A stretch of DNA of 64,000 nt from an uncultured Bacilli bacterium (GTDB lineage Bacteria; Bacillota_I; Bacilli_A; RF39; UBA660), in assembly GCA_934130405.1 (NCBI GenBank), contig CAKOXX010000005.1, positions 369 to 64,368 on the forward strand, read 5' to 3'. Positions 28,755 to 39,202 of the stretch are shown here, one piece after another. A program made the position numbers and the translations under genes. A model generated the notes under the pieces. The model was not told the origin of the DNA. It was given only the letters and a program-made list of their open reading frames with translations, and made no database searches. How positions within the stretch are numbered: the stretch's first letter is position 1; each line of letters starts with the position of its first letter.

Positions 28755-29801
28755 GTGAATATAGAAGAGATTAAGAAAAATATAGTACAAGAATTAAATG
28801 AAACTAAAGATATTAAAAGTCTTAATGATTTAAAAGTAAAATACTTAGGTAAGAAAGGTATTATTACTGAACTTAGTAGTAAGATTAAAGAAATACCGAA
28901 TGAAGAGAAGAAAGAGTTTGGTATGAAGATGAATGAGTTAAAAAATAGTTTTAATTCATTATATGATAGTAAGAAAACTTTATTTGAAGAAGAAGCTCTT
29001 AATGAGAGGCTAGCTAGTGAAAGTATTGATGTAACACTTCCTGCTACTCATGTTGAAATAGGAAGCCCTAATATCTTAGAGAAACTAGTAGAAGACTTAG
29101 AAGATTTATTTATATCAATGGGGTATGATGTAGTTGATGGACCAGAAATAGAAGAAGATAAATATAACTTTGAACTTTTAAATATACCTAAGGGTCATCC
29201 AGCAAGAGATGCTCAAGATACTTTCTATTTAAAAGATGATGAGATTTTACTTCGTAGTCAAACATCTCCTGTTCAAATTAGAACAATGTTAAAAGCTAAG
29301 GGAGAAAAACCAGTTAGAATGATATGTCCTGGTAAGACTTATCGAAGAGATGATGATGATGCAACTCACTCTCATCAATTTATGCAAATAGAAGGATTGT
29401 TAGTTGATAAAAATATTCATCTAACAGATTTAAAAGGTACTTTTGAAATAGTTGCTAAAAGACTATTTGGTAATGATACCGAGGTTAGATTAAAACCTAG
29501 TTATTATCAGTTTACTGAACCATCAGTAGAGTTAGATATTAGTTGTTTTAATTGTAAAGGTAAAGGTTGTGCTATTTGTAAAAATAGTGGTTATATAACA
29601 GTAGCAGGAGCAGGAATGGTTCACCCTAATGTCTTAAGAAACTGTGGTTATGACCCAGCTGTTTGGTCTGGTTTTGCCTTTGGTTTTGGAGCAGAACGAC
29701 TTGCTATGTTAAAATATGGTATTACAGATATTAGAACTTTTTATATGACAGATTTAAGAAGTAGTAAAACATTTGATAGAAAGGAAGATAATAATGATTA
29801 A
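28755..29801 (+). CDS. pheS: Phenylalanine--tRNA ligase alpha subunit
   Basis: 348 aa with class II aaRS motifs (HPARDAQDTFY, RRDDDDATHSHQFMQIEG and GAGMVHPNVL...GFAFGFGAERLAM). GTG start. Confidence 0.95.
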   Translation: MNIEEIKKNIVQELNETKDIKSLNDLKVKYLGKKGIITELSSKIKEIPNEEKKEFGMKMNELKNSFNSLYDSKKTLFEEEALNERLASESIDVTLPATHVEIGSPNILEKLVEDLEDLFISMGYDVVDGPEIEEDKYNFELLNIPKGHPARDAQDTFYLKDDEILLRSQTSPVQIRTMLKAKGEKPVRMICPGKTYRRDDDDATHSHQFMQIEGLLVDKNIHLTDLKGTFEIVAKRLFGNDTEVRLKPSYYQFTEPSVELDISCFNCKGKGCAICKNSGYITVAGAGMVHPNVLRNCGYDPAVWSGFAFGFGAERLAMLKYGITDIRTFYMTDLRSSKTFDRKEDNND

Positions 29802-32163
29802 TTTAGAATGGGTAAGTGACTATATTGATATTTCTGATTTAACACCAAAAGAACTAGCTAAGATGGTAACAGAAAGTGATATCAATGTGGAAAAAGTAAT
29901 TACTAATCATATAGATAACCTAGTAATTGGAGAAGTAGTAGAATGTGTTAATCATCCTGATAGTGATCACTTACATATCTGTAAAGTAAATATTGGAAGT
30001 GAAATATTACAAATAGTATGTGGTGCTCCTAATGTTAGAGTGGGCTTAAAAGCGATAGTTGCACTTGTAGGAGCTGTTTTACCAGGTGACTTTGAAATTA
30101 AGAAAAGTAAAATTAGAGGAGTAGAATCTAATGGTATGCTTTGCGCCTTATATGAATTAGGTTTAGAAGATAAGAATGACGAGACTTATAGCAAAGGTAT
30201 TTATGAAGGAGCAAGTAACTTAAAAGTAGGAGAAGATGCTTTAAAAGCTTTAGATTTAGAATCAACTGTACTTGAACTTGATATTCATAAGCATCGTAAT
30301 AATGATTGCTACTATCACATTGGCTTTGCCTATATAGTAAGTGCTATCTTAAATAGAAAAGTAACTTTACCTGATATAAGTTTTAAAGAAATAACTGATA
30401 GTGTAGATAAACATTTTAGTCTAGAAGTAGCAACTAATAAATGTAGTTACTATCTTGCTAAAATGGTTAAAAATGTTACTATTAAAGAATCTCCTTCCTT
30501 CATTAAGAAAAGATTAATAGCAGCAGGAATGCGTCCTATTAACAATGTAGTAGATATTTCTAATTATGTAATGTTAGAATTTGGTCAACCACTTCACTTC
30601 TTTGATTATGATAAGTTAGGTGCTAAAGTCTTAGTAAGAGATGCTAAAGAAGAGGAAGAAATTACTACTCTTGATAATAAGATGAGAAACTTAACTAATA
30701 ATGATATTGTAATAACTGATACTATAAATCCTGTTTGTATAGCTGGTGTTATGGGGGGAATTGATACTGAAGTAACAGATAATACGAAAACTATTCTAAT
30801 TGAAAGTGCAATCTTTGATCCTGTTAGTATCAGAAATACTGCTGCAAGATTAAACCTTCGTAGTGAAGCTTCTATTAGATATGGTAAAGGACTAAACTAT
30901 GAATATACAGAAATGGCTATTAAAAGAGCTTGTCATTTACTAGAAAAGTATGCTGATGCTCAAATCTTATCTGGTATTGTTAAGTATGATAATATTGATA
31001 AAGAACCAAAAGTAGTAACCTTTAAAGCTAGTGAAGTTAATAATCTTTTAGGTATAGAAATAAGTGAAGCTGATATGGAAAAGGAAATGGATAGATTAGG
31101 TTTTGCTTATACTTTAAAAAATCAAATATTTACAGTAACTATTCCTAATAGAAGACTTGATATTGAACCTAATGTAAATGACATAGCAGAAGAAATTGTA
31201 AGACTTTATGGTTACCATAACTTAACTGCTACTTTACCAGTTGTATCTATCAAGAAAGGTGAATACAAAGGCGATATCAAATATCGCAAGTATATTTCTA
31301 AAAGACTTAGAATGAAAGGATTAACCGAAACTAAAACTTATACTTTAGTATCACCTAGTATGGCTGAATTATTTGATTATGAACAAAAAGAAAAAGTAGT
31401 TCTTCCTAACCCAATGAGTGTTGATAAGTCAGTTGTGAGAACAACTATTATACCTTCTTTAATAAATGTTTATAATTATAATAAAGCAAGAAAAGTAGAA
31501 GATATATTCTTATATGAAATAAGTAAAACTTATGATAAAAACTATCAAGAAGAATCTAAGATTGCTGGTTTATTAAAAGGCAATATTGTTAAATCATCTT
31601 GGAATGGTAATATAAAATGTGATTTTTATGTGGTAAAAGGAATAGTAGAAGATATTCTTAACTCACTAGGTTTTACCAATCGTTATACTTTCATTCCAGC
31701 TAAACTTCCTAATCTTCATCCAGGTGTTTCTGCTAGTATTTTACTAGATGGAGAAATGTTAGGTATCATAGGTAGAGTTCATCCAAATATTCTAAAAGAC
31801 GAAGTCTATATCTTTGAACTTTCTTTAAATAAGTTAATGCGTAAAGTAAAACCAATTAAGTTTAAGGAACCAGCTAAGTATCCTAGTATTCAAAAAGATG
31901 TCGCTTTCTTAATCGATAGAAGTATTAATGCTAGTGAAATAGAAAAGATGATAAAGAAATCATCATCTAGATTATTAAAAGATATAAGTGTATTTGATGT
32001 CTATCTTGGAGATAATATTGCTAGTGATAAAAAATCAATGGCGTTCAAATTAACTTATCTTGATGATGCGAAAACTCTAACAGATGAAGAAGTAATGAAT
32101 GATTTCCATCAAATGATAGAAAAAGTTACAAAAGAATTTAACTGTGAAATTAGAGATAACTAA
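29794..32163 (+). CDS. pheT: Phenylalanine--tRNA ligase beta subunit
   Basis: I chose ATG 29794 (MINLEWVSDYI), which overlaps the pheS stop. The protein has a tRNA-binding domain (ICGAPNV, KIRGVESNGMLC) followed by B3/4, B5 and FDX-ACB regions. Confidence 0.95.
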   Translation: MINLEWVSDYIDISDLTPKELAKMVTESDINVEKVITNHIDNLVIGEVVECVNHPDSDHLHICKVNIGSEILQIVCGAPNVRVGLKAIVALVGAVLPGDFEIKKSKIRGVESNGMLCALYELGLEDKNDETYSKGIYEGASNLKVGEDALKALDLESTVLELDIHKHRNNDCYYHIGFAYIVSAILNRKVTLPDISFKEITDSVDKHFSLEVATNKCSYYLAKMVKNVTIKESPSFIKKRLIAAGMRPINNVVDISNYVMLEFGQPLHFFDYDKLGAKVLVRDAKEEEEITTLDNKMRNLTNNDIVITDTINPVCIAGVMGGIDTEVTDNTKTILIESAIFDPVSIRNTAARLNLRSEASIRYGKGLNYEYTEMAIKRACHLLEKYADAQILSGIVKYDNIDKEPKVVTFKASEVNNLLGIEISEADMEKEMDRLGFAYTLKNQIFTVTIPNRRLDIEPNVNDIAEEIVRLYGYHNLTATLPVVSIKKGEYKGDIKYRKYISKRLRMKGLTETKTYTLVSPSMAELFDYEQKEKVVLPNPMSVDKSVVRTTIIPSLINVYNYNKARKVEDIFLYEISKTYDKNYQEESKIAGLLKGNIVKSSWNGNIKCDFYVVKGIVEDILNSLGFTNRYTFIPAKLPNLHPGVSASILLDGEMLGIIGRVHPNILKDEVYIFELSLNKLMRKVKPIKFKEPAKYPSIQKDVAFLIDRSINASEIEKMIKKSSSRLLKDISVFDVYLGDNIASDKKSMAFKLTYLDDAKTLTDEEVMNDFHQMIEKVTKEFNCEIRDN

Positions 32164-32193
32164 AATTAGTTATAGCTAAATTAATTATAAGAG

Positions 32194-32508
32194 GTGATTA
32201 TCTTGCAAAAAAAAGAAACTTTAATTAATGAATTTAAGACTTATGTTGGTGCATACTATGGTGTTAATAGTATGGATGAATATGATTTAAAAGTCTATGT
32301 TTTAAAAGAGATAGAACAAGATATAAAAGATTTTATCTTAGTTAATGACCTTGATAAGAATGAATGTTTACTACTTGCTAAGGAAGTAGAAGAAAAAGTG
32401 CCTTTAAAAACAAAATTACAAGATAGTCTTTTAATTCTTTATAAAATGAATGCTTCAATGGAACTTATTTTTATGATTAAAAATAAATTAAAAAAATATA
32501 ATAAGTAG
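32194..32508 (+). CDS. Hypothetical small protein
   Basis: An ORF of ~100 aa after AAGAGG. The start codon is ambiguous (GTG 32194 or TTG ~32203). I did not recognise a family. Confidence 0.4.
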   Translation: MIILQKKETLINEFKTYVGAYYGVNSMDEYDLKVYVLKEIEQDIKDFILVNDLDKNECLLLAKEVEEKVPLKTKLQDSLLILYKMNASMELIFMIKNKLKKYNK

Positions 32509-32569
32509 CAAAAATTACCAGGAAAGAAAATCTATAAATTAGACATTTTATTAATGGAGGTGTCGAATT

Positions 32570-32986
32570 TTGAAAAAGATTTTCTTTTTTATTGGTATAA
32601 GTTTTTTCTTGTTAGTGATAACTAATACGAAAGCTTTAAATATATATGATGGTAATAGCAAAGAAAGAGTTACTATATCTTTTAAAGATAAAGCAGTAAC
32701 TACTAGAAATTTAAAAGATAAACTTAGCTTTGATTATCAAATTATTTCTATGCAACCTAAACTTAGTCTATCTTATTATGATGAAGCAATTACAAAAAGA
32801 ATAGAAAATTTTAAATTTAGTGATATAGCAGAAGGAGAGAAGGAATATATTGCTCTTTTACGTAGATATGGTCTTTATGATGATATAGAAAAAGTTAATT
32901 GTTTTGGGGTGCCTTTAGAAAGTTTAACTATTTATACTAAGTCAACTAATCTTACTAATTTACAGTATGAGATATTAAAATCATAG
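32570..32986 (+). CDS. Hypothetical secreted protein
   Basis: 138 aa with an N-terminal signal-like segment (FFFIGISFFLLVITNTKA), a GGAGGTG RBS and a TTG start. Confidence 0.5.
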   Translation: MKKIFFFIGISFFLLVITNTKALNIYDGNSKERVTISFKDKAVTTRNLKDKLSFDYQIISMQPKLSLSYYDEAITKRIENFKFSDIAEGEKEYIALLRRYGLYDDIEKVNCFGVPLESLTIYTKSTNLTNLQYEILKS

Positions 32987-33045
32987 GAAAGTATCCATTT
33001 TTCTAAAAAGTATGTTATCCTATATATAATAAGAGAGGTAGAAAG

Positions 33046-33561
33046 ATGAAGTTAAGAAGAAGTAAAAAAGAAATAACTAAACTAAACATGGCAGTGCTAG
33101 TTATTGTGTTAGTAGTTATTATTTTCTGTGTGGTTGTATACTTTACTGTTAGAAATAGCAATTTTAGGGAAGATGATATAATTTATTTAAAAAACTTAAC
33201 TAGTTATATTGAAAGTGTTGATGATTTACAAGAGGAAAGTTATCTTCTTACTAGTTATGATGAATATAGGGAAAAGATAAAAACCAATGAGTTGAGTAAA
33301 AGAAATTTTAAGAATAGTAACTATCTTTTTTTAAGAGTTAATTATAATATGTGTGATACATCAGATAATTTTCCAATTGATTATTCTATTCAAAATAATG
33401 AAGTGAAGATAATAATTGATGATTATGAATCTTGCAATATTTGTGCTTTTGGTAATAAATACTATTTAATAAGATTAGATAAGAAGATTACTAATCCTAA
33501 TGTTACGATTGAGCATAAAATAGCAAATCCTAAGAACTGTGATGGAGTGTATTTAAATTAG
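33046..33561 (+). CDS. Membrane-anchored hypothetical protein (paralog A)
   Basis: 171 aa with an N-terminal TM helix. Its ~130-aa Cys-containing domain is shared with the N-terminal half of the next gene. Confidence 0.6.
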   Translation: MKLRRSKKEITKLNMAVLVIVLVVIIFCVVVYFTVRNSNFREDDIIYLKNLTSYIESVDDLQEESYLLTSYDEYREKIKTNELSKRNFKNSNYLFLRVNYNMCDTSDNFPIDYSIQNNEVKIIIDDYESCNICAFGNKYYLIRLDKKITNPNVTIEHKIANPKNCDGVYLN

Positions 33562-33582
33562 TAATTATAAAGAGGTAGAAAA

Positions 33583-34644
33583 ATGAAATTAAAAAGAAGT
33601 GAGAAGGCAATAACTAAGCTAAATGTAGCAATAATAGTTACTGTGATAGTAGTAATTATTTTCTGTGTAGTGATATATTTAACTGTTCAAAATAATACTA
33701 GTAAAGACACGAACTTTATCTATTTAAAATCAGTATTAAGTGCCAAAATAGATAATGAAGTATTAAAGAAAGAAAACTATGTCTTTACCAGTTATGAAGA
33801 ATATAAAAAAGTATTTGGAACTGATAAACTAAGCGAAAGTGACTTTAAAAATAATAATTATCTTTTACTTAGTATTAGTTATAATCCTTGTAGTGAAAAG
33901 AAAATAACACCAACTAATTATTCAGTTAATGGTAATAATATTAAAGTAACAGTTACTTATAAGAGTACTTGTGGTGGTTGTGCTAGTGAGAATGTTTATT
34001 ATTTATTAAAAGTAAATAAAAATATTACTAGTCCTAATGTTAATATTGAATATAAAGAAATAAGTAAGGAAGACTGTAACAATAATGGAATTTATAAGGT
34101 TGATAAACCATTAATTTATCTTTATCCCACAGTAGATACTAAAGTAAATGTAAAATTAGGAAGAAGTGAAGCATTAACTTCCACTTATCCTAAATATAAA
34201 GATAGTTGGAATGTTTTAGCAAAACCAACGGGAGAGTTAATAGATGATAAGGGTCGTAGTTTTTATGGCTTATACTGGGAAGGGTATAACACTATTGATG
34301 TTACTTTTGAAGATGGTTTTGTGGTAAAGAAAGATGATTTAATTCCTTTTCTTGAGGAAAAATTAAGTGCTTTAGGTTTAAACGAAAGAGAAGCTAATGA
34401 ATTCATTATTTATTGGTTACCAAGATTAGAAGAAAATGAGTATAACTTAATTAGATTTGAAAGTATTACTAATATAAACAAAGATATGCCACTTATTATT
34501 AATCCTAAACCTGATACGGTGATTAGAATTTTAATGGAATATAAGAAAGCGGATAAAGATACAAAAGTTAAAACACAAGCATTAGTAACTCCAGTTCGTA
34601 AAGGTTTTACGGTAGTTGAATGGGGTGGCACTATAGTTAAGTAA
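33583..34644 (+). CDS. Membrane-anchored hypothetical protein (paralog B) with an extra ~190-aa C-terminal domain
   Basis: 353 aa. The first ~165 aa parallel paralog A (MKLKRSEKAITKLNVAIIV... and ITSPNVNIEYK). The C-terminal domain begins YKVDKPLIYLYPT. Confidence 0.6.
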   Translation: MKLKRSEKAITKLNVAIIVTVIVVIIFCVVIYLTVQNNTSKDTNFIYLKSVLSAKIDNEVLKKENYVFTSYEEYKKVFGTDKLSESDFKNNNYLLLSISYNPCSEKKITPTNYSVNGNNIKVTVTYKSTCGGCASENVYYLLKVNKNITSPNVNIEYKEISKEDCNNNGIYKVDKPLIYLYPTVDTKVNVKLGRSEALTSTYPKYKDSWNVLAKPTGELIDDKGRSFYGLYWEGYNTIDVTFEDGFVVKKDDLIPFLEEKLSALGLNEREANEFIIYWLPRLEENEYNLIRFESITNINKDMPLIINPKPDTVIRILMEYKKADKDTKVKTQALVTPVRKGFTVVEWGGTIVK

Positions 34645-34649
34645 TAATT

Positions 34650-34684
34650 AACACATAAAGTCCTTAGATTTTATGTGTTTTTCT
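34650..34684 (+). terminator. Rho-independent terminator
   Basis: The stem is AACACATAAA/TTTATGTGTT with a 10-nt loop, followed by TTTTC. Confidence 0.65.
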
Positions 34685-34760
34685 AAAATTATATCGACAA
34701 AAAAACTTGCAAACAAATGTTTTTCTTGTTATACTTGTAGTGGAAAAAGTGGTGAAAAGA

Positions 34761-35345
34761 ATGAATAAAAGTGAATTATTTAAAGATGAATTAAACTATT
34801 TGAAAAATGAAGATATTAAGAAAAGTGCTACGGAACTAATCAATATATTACCGGAGTATTTCTTTCATGAAGCAGCTTCATCTACAGGAAAATATCATCC
34901 AAAATATGCTTTAGGAGAAGGTGGTTTATTAAGACATACTAAAGCAGCTTGTTATATTGCACATGAACTATTAAATGACCCAGCAATCGGTGAAAAATAT
35001 ACATCTCGTGAAAAAGACTTAATGATAGTAGGGTTAATAATGCATGATGGTTTAAAAAGAGGCTTAAAGGAAGAAACATATACTAGATTTGACCATCCAT
35101 TATTAGCAGCAAATTTTGTTTATGAAAATAGAGAAAAAGTAGATATTAGTGAAGAAGAAGCATTATTCTTAAAAGAAGTAATTTCATCACATATGGGACC
35201 TTGGACTAAAGATTATAATGGTAACGAAGTATTACCATACCCAAAAACTAAGTACCAGAATTTTGTTCATATGTGTGATTACTTAGCAAGTAGAAAAGGT
35301 TTACTTGTACCTTTTGATAGTGCTAATAATGTATCATTAATATAA
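34761..35345 (+). CDS. HD-domain phosphohydrolase
   Basis: 194 aa from ATG 34761. The motifs GKYHP, HTKAA and LIMHDGLK indicate His/Asp metal ligands of the HD superfamily. Confidence 0.75.
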   Translation: MNKSELFKDELNYLKNEDIKKSATELINILPEYFFHEAASSTGKYHPKYALGEGGLLRHTKAACYIAHELLNDPAIGEKYTSREKDLMIVGLIMHDGLKRGLKEETYTRFDHPLLAANFVYENREKVDISEEEALFLKEVISSHMGPWTKDYNGNEVLPYPKTKYQNFVHMCDYLASRKGLLVPFDSANNVSLI

Positions 35346-35357
35346 GAGGAACTAAAA

Positions 35358-36023
35358 ATGGGAAAGATAATAGTAATTGAAGGAGTAAATGATTCAGGAA
35401 AAGAAACACAAAGTAAGCTATTAGCACAAACTTTGAAAGAAGAAGGCTATAAAGTAGTAGAATTTTCTTTTCCAATGTATAAAAGTCCGACAGGGAAAAT
35501 ATTTAAAGAATGTGTTTTAGGAAAGAATAATAACGGTTGGTTTCCAGAAGGATACGAAAAATTAGATCCATATGTTGTTTGTCTTTATACAGCAGCTGAT
35601 CGAAAATATCATAAAGAAAAGATAGAACGATATCTAAAAGATGACTATATTGTAATACTAAATAGATATACTAGTTCAAATATGGCTCATCAAGGAAGTA
35701 GATATAATGATAGTGAAGAGCGCTTTTTTATGTATCAATGGATAGATAAACTAGAGTATTGGTTGTTGAGACTTCCTAAACCAGACTGTACTATTCTTTT
35801 AAAAGTACCAGCCAAATATTTAAATCAATTAGATGAAAAACAAGTATCATTTACTTTTCAAGAAGATATCTTCGACCAAGATTTAGTTTTAAAATCATAT
35901 ATTGAATTATCAGAATTATATAATTGGGATACTATTGATTGTGTTTCTAATGATAAAATGAAATCAGTAGAAGAAATTCATAAAGAGATAATGAAAATAG
36001 TAAGAATAAATTTAGAAAAATAG
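35358..36023 (+). CDS. Thymidylate-kinase-like nucleotide kinase
   Basis: 221 aa with the P-loop IVIEGVNDSGKETQ and NRYTSSNMAHQG (DRY..S..AYQ-like). The usual REPGGT lid region is divergent, so the substrate is uncertain. Confidence 0.6.
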   Translation: MGKIIVIEGVNDSGKETQSKLLAQTLKEEGYKVVEFSFPMYKSPTGKIFKECVLGKNNNGWFPEGYEKLDPYVVCLYTAADRKYHKEKIERYLKDDYIVILNRYTSSNMAHQGSRYNDSEERFFMYQWIDKLEYWLLRLPKPDCTILLKVPAKYLNQLDEKQVSFTFQEDIFDQDLVLKSYIELSELYNWDTIDCVSNDKMKSVEEIHKEIMKIVRINLEK

Positions 36024-36039
36024 TTAATAATAGTGTTAG

Positions 36040-36693
36040 GTGATAAAAGTGGATTTATTAATTGTCTTAGTCAAAACACTATTTTTTTATTGGGTGATAG
36101 TTTTACTATATCGTTTTATGGGAAAAAGAGAAGTTGGAGAGTTAAGTATAGTTGATTTGATAGTATCAGTTTTAATAGCTGAACTAGCAGCAATGTCGAT
36201 TGAGCAATATGATAAGAGTATTTTTTTAAGCTTAATTCCAATGATAGTTTTAGTCTTACTTCAAATAATTCTTGCAAAACTTTCTCTTAAACACCCAAAA
36301 CTTCGAACACTACTAGATGGAAATCCTTCTATCATTATCGAAAAAGGAAAAGTAAATTATAAAGAACTAGTCAAACAAAGATATAATCTTGAAGATTTAC
36401 TAACACAGTTAAGAGCAAGAGAAATTAAAAGCTTAGAAGAAGTTGATTATGCCATACTAGAAACATCAGGTAAACTTTCTGTCTTTCAAAAACAAAAAGG
36501 AAAGAGTGTTTATCCTTTAGCAGTAATACTTGATGGTGTTATTCAAGAAGATACATTGAAAGCGATTAAAAGAGATAAAAAATGGTTGGAAGAGATGCTT
36601 TTACTAGAAAATGTTTTATTAGAAGATGTCTTCTATGGCTTTTTTAAAGACCATCAATTATTCTTGATAAAAAATAGTGACTGTATCACTTAA
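36040..36693 (+). CDS. DUF421 (YetF/YdfS-type) membrane protein
   Basis: The protein has N-terminal TM helices with RFMGKREVGELSIVDLIVSVLIAELAA, then a soluble C-terminal domain (LEDLLTQLRAREIKSLEEVDYAILETSGKLSV). Confidence 0.75.
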   Translation: MIKVDLLIVLVKTLFFYWVIVLLYRFMGKREVGELSIVDLIVSVLIAELAAMSIEQYDKSIFLSLIPMIVLVLLQIILAKLSLKHPKLRTLLDGNPSIIIEKGKVNYKELVKQRYNLEDLLTQLRAREIKSLEEVDYAILETSGKLSVFQKQKGKSVYPLAVILDGVIQEDTLKAIKRDKKWLEEMLLLENVLLEDVFYGFFKDHQLFLIKNSDCIT

Positions 36694-36741
36694 ACGACAA
36701 AATAAGTATAGAATAATATATAAAATAAGATAGGTGAAAAT

Positions 36742-37914
36742 ATGAAAAAATACCTTATCATTATTTTAATATTTATTCTAGGCTTATTTTTATTATTTGG
36801 AAAAAAATCTAAAGAGGTAGAGAAAATGGAAGAGAAAAGATTTATCTTTATATCTTATATAGAACTTGCTAAGTATTTAAAAGATAAAGAAGAAACAGTA
36901 ATGAAAAATACTATTGATGATATGATAAATCAATGTAAAGATTTCGGTTTTACCGATATAATCTTACAAGTTAGAAGTTTTTCTGATGCTATTTATTATT
37001 CTGATATTTTTCCTAGTAGTATTACTATTGTTGCTAAAGAAGGGGATAAATTACCTTTTGATGTGCTAGATTATTTTATAAAGATAAGTCACAAAAATAA
37101 TATTCGTCTTCATGCTTGGATTAATCCTTATCGAATAAGAAGTAATTTATCAAAGGAAGAAATTAAAGATAATAATCCGGCTTTTAAGTATTTAAATACT
37201 AATAAAGTAGAGAAAAATGCTAAAGGTATTTTTTATAATCCTGCTGATGAAGAAGTTAGAAAGTTAATACTTAGTGGAGTAGATGAAATACTTGATAATT
37301 ATGATATAGATGGCATTCATTATGATGATTACTTTTATCCAAGTGATACTATTGATTTAGAAAACTATAATGAAGCAAAAAAAGATAACCAAGACTTAAC
37401 ATTACAACAATTTCGATTGGAAAATACTACGAAACTAATTAAAGAAACTTATGAACGAGTAAAAAAGAAGAATAAAAATATTTTATTTGGAATAAGTCCT
37501 GAAGGTAATATTACTAATAATTATGAAGTTAATTATATTGATACTAAAAAATTTGCTAGTGAAGAAGGTTATGTTGATTATTTAATGCCCCAGATATATT
37601 TTGGTTTCTTTAATTCTGTTAAACCATTTTATCAAACGGTTAAAGAATGGAATAGTTATATAACTACGGATAAAGTTAAATTAATACCTGCTCTTGCCTT
37701 TTATAAAGTTGGGTGTGAAGACTTATATGCTAAAGAAGGTCAATATGAGTGGGTTGAGTCTAACAATATAATAGCAAGAGAAGTATTAACTAGTAGACCA
37801 TTATCTAATTATCAAGGGTTTGCTATTTTTAGATATGATTCTATACTAAGTGATAATTTGACAGACCAAGCTTTTAAAGAAAAAGAAAATTTAAAAAATA
37901 TACTTAAAGAGTAA
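36742..37914 (+). CDS. Glycoside-hydrolase-like family 10 (GHL10, YngK-type) protein
   Basis: 390 aa with a signal/TM segment. The motifs DIILQVRSFSDAIYYS, LHAWINPYRI and DGIHYDDYFYP are typical of the family. Confidence 0.7.
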   Translation: MKKYLIIILIFILGLFLLFGKKSKEVEKMEEKRFIFISYIELAKYLKDKEETVMKNTIDDMINQCKDFGFTDIILQVRSFSDAIYYSDIFPSSITIVAKEGDKLPFDVLDYFIKISHKNNIRLHAWINPYRIRSNLSKEEIKDNNPAFKYLNTNKVEKNAKGIFYNPADEEVRKLILSGVDEILDNYDIDGIHYDDYFYPSDTIDLENYNEAKKDNQDLTLQQFRLENTTKLIKETYERVKKKNKNILFGISPEGNITNNYEVNYIDTKKFASEEGYVDYLMPQIYFGFFNSVKPFYQTVKEWNSYITTDKVKLIPALAFYKVGCEDLYAKEGQYEWVESNNIIAREVLTSRPLSNYQGFAIFRYDSILSDNLTDQAFKEKENLKNILKE

Positions 37915-37949
37915 TTGTTATGTTATACTTAGATTGTAGGAGGCTTTAG

Positions 37950-38447
37950 ATGAATAGAAAAGGATTTACACTAATTGAATTATTAGCGACGATTACTATT
38001 TTAGCAATGATTATGTTGGCGGCAGTTCCCAATATAATGAGTACTCTTGATAAGAGTAAACGAAGAACTTATATAGAAGATGCTAAGAAGATGATATCTC
38101 TTGCTGAATATAGATTAAGAAGTGATACTACTGTTAAAAGACCAAGTAATGGCCAAAGCGTTGTATTTTTACTTAAATCTATGGATTTAACTGATTTTAG
38201 TGAAGGACCTGAAGGGGGACAATATGATACTAATTATTCTTATGTTAAGTTAACCAATAGTGGTGGTACTTATGTTTACTATGCAACATTAATAGAAAAT
38301 TATGGTGATAATAAACATCGTGGTGTAGTTAATCTAACAAGAGATCAATTACTGAATGAAAATGCTATAAATAAAGTTAGTAAATTAAATACAGTTCCAG
38401 CAATATCAACTTCAGGTGTTGTGCAAACTGTAAATGAATTAAAATAA
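37950..38447 (+). CDS. Type IV pilin-like protein (prepilin N-terminal cleavage/methylation motif)
   Basis: 165 aa. MNRKGFTLIELLATITILAMIMLAAVP is a class III signal peptide with G-F and E+5. Confidence 0.8.
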   Translation: MNRKGFTLIELLATITILAMIMLAAVPNIMSTLDKSKRRTYIEDAKKMISLAEYRLRSDTTVKRPSNGQSVVFLLKSMDLTDFSEGPEGGQYDTNYSYVKLTNSGGTYVYYATLIENYGDNKHRGVVNLTRDQLLNENAINKVSKLNTVPAISTSGVVQTVNELK

Positions 38448-38525
38448 TAGAAAAAATAAATCCTATAAATTGACATAAAACGACATAATGTGTTATCATC
38501 AATATATGAAAATATGGAGGATGTT

Positions 38526-39101
38526 ATGAGAAAGAAAAGAACGAATCAGAAAGGGTTCACGTTAATAGAATTATTGGCAGTTATCGTTATTTTAGCTATT
38601 TTAATGACCCTAGCAATTACTAGTATGCAAGGATATATTAATGGTGCTAAGAAGGATACATATATAACAACTGCTCAACAATTTTTACAATATGTAAGAT
38701 TAGGAATTACTAATGGTGATTATACTTCACCTATAGCCGGTGAATGTACAGCTATTCATATTAATAGTATTCAAACAGAATCTGGAGTAAATAATAGTCC
38801 ATTTGGAAAATCACTTGTTGATTCACAAAGTTTCATAGTAATTTATAACTCTACTTCTTCAGGTAGTGATAAGTTATTATACTATGCTGCAATGAATGAT
38901 GCACAAGGTAATGGATTTGTTTTAACAGCAGAAGATTCTTTAGAAAGAGGTATTGTTAAGGTTCGTAAAGAAGGTGGCTTTGCTGGTACAACTTTACCTA
39001 GCAAAATAACTTCATCTCAGTCTGCTAATCTTAATTTGCCAAAGGGAAAAAGTGCTGGTGTAGTTGTCAGTAGTTGTAAATTAACAAATATTGATGGATA
39101 G
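38526..39101 (+). CDS. Type IV pilin-like protein (tandem paralog 1)
   Basis: I chose ATG 38526, after GGAGGATG. The class III signal is KGFTLIELLAVIVILAILMTLAI. A Cys pair (GEC...SSCKL) suggests a D-region disulfide. Confidence 0.8.
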   Translation: MRKKRTNQKGFTLIELLAVIVILAILMTLAITSMQGYINGAKKDTYITTAQQFLQYVRLGITNGDYTSPIAGECTAIHINSIQTESGVNNSPFGKSLVDSQSFIVIYNSTSSGSDKLLYYAAMNDAQGNGFVLTAEDSLERGIVKVRKEGGFAGTTLPSKITSSQSANLNLPKGKSAGVVVSSCKLTNIDG

Positions 39102-39202
39102 CAGGTAAAAAGATTATTGGTATAGTTATTTTATATATGACTATACTTTAAATTGACATTGAATGATAAAAAATTAGCGTTTATAGATATGGAGGATGTA
39201 TT

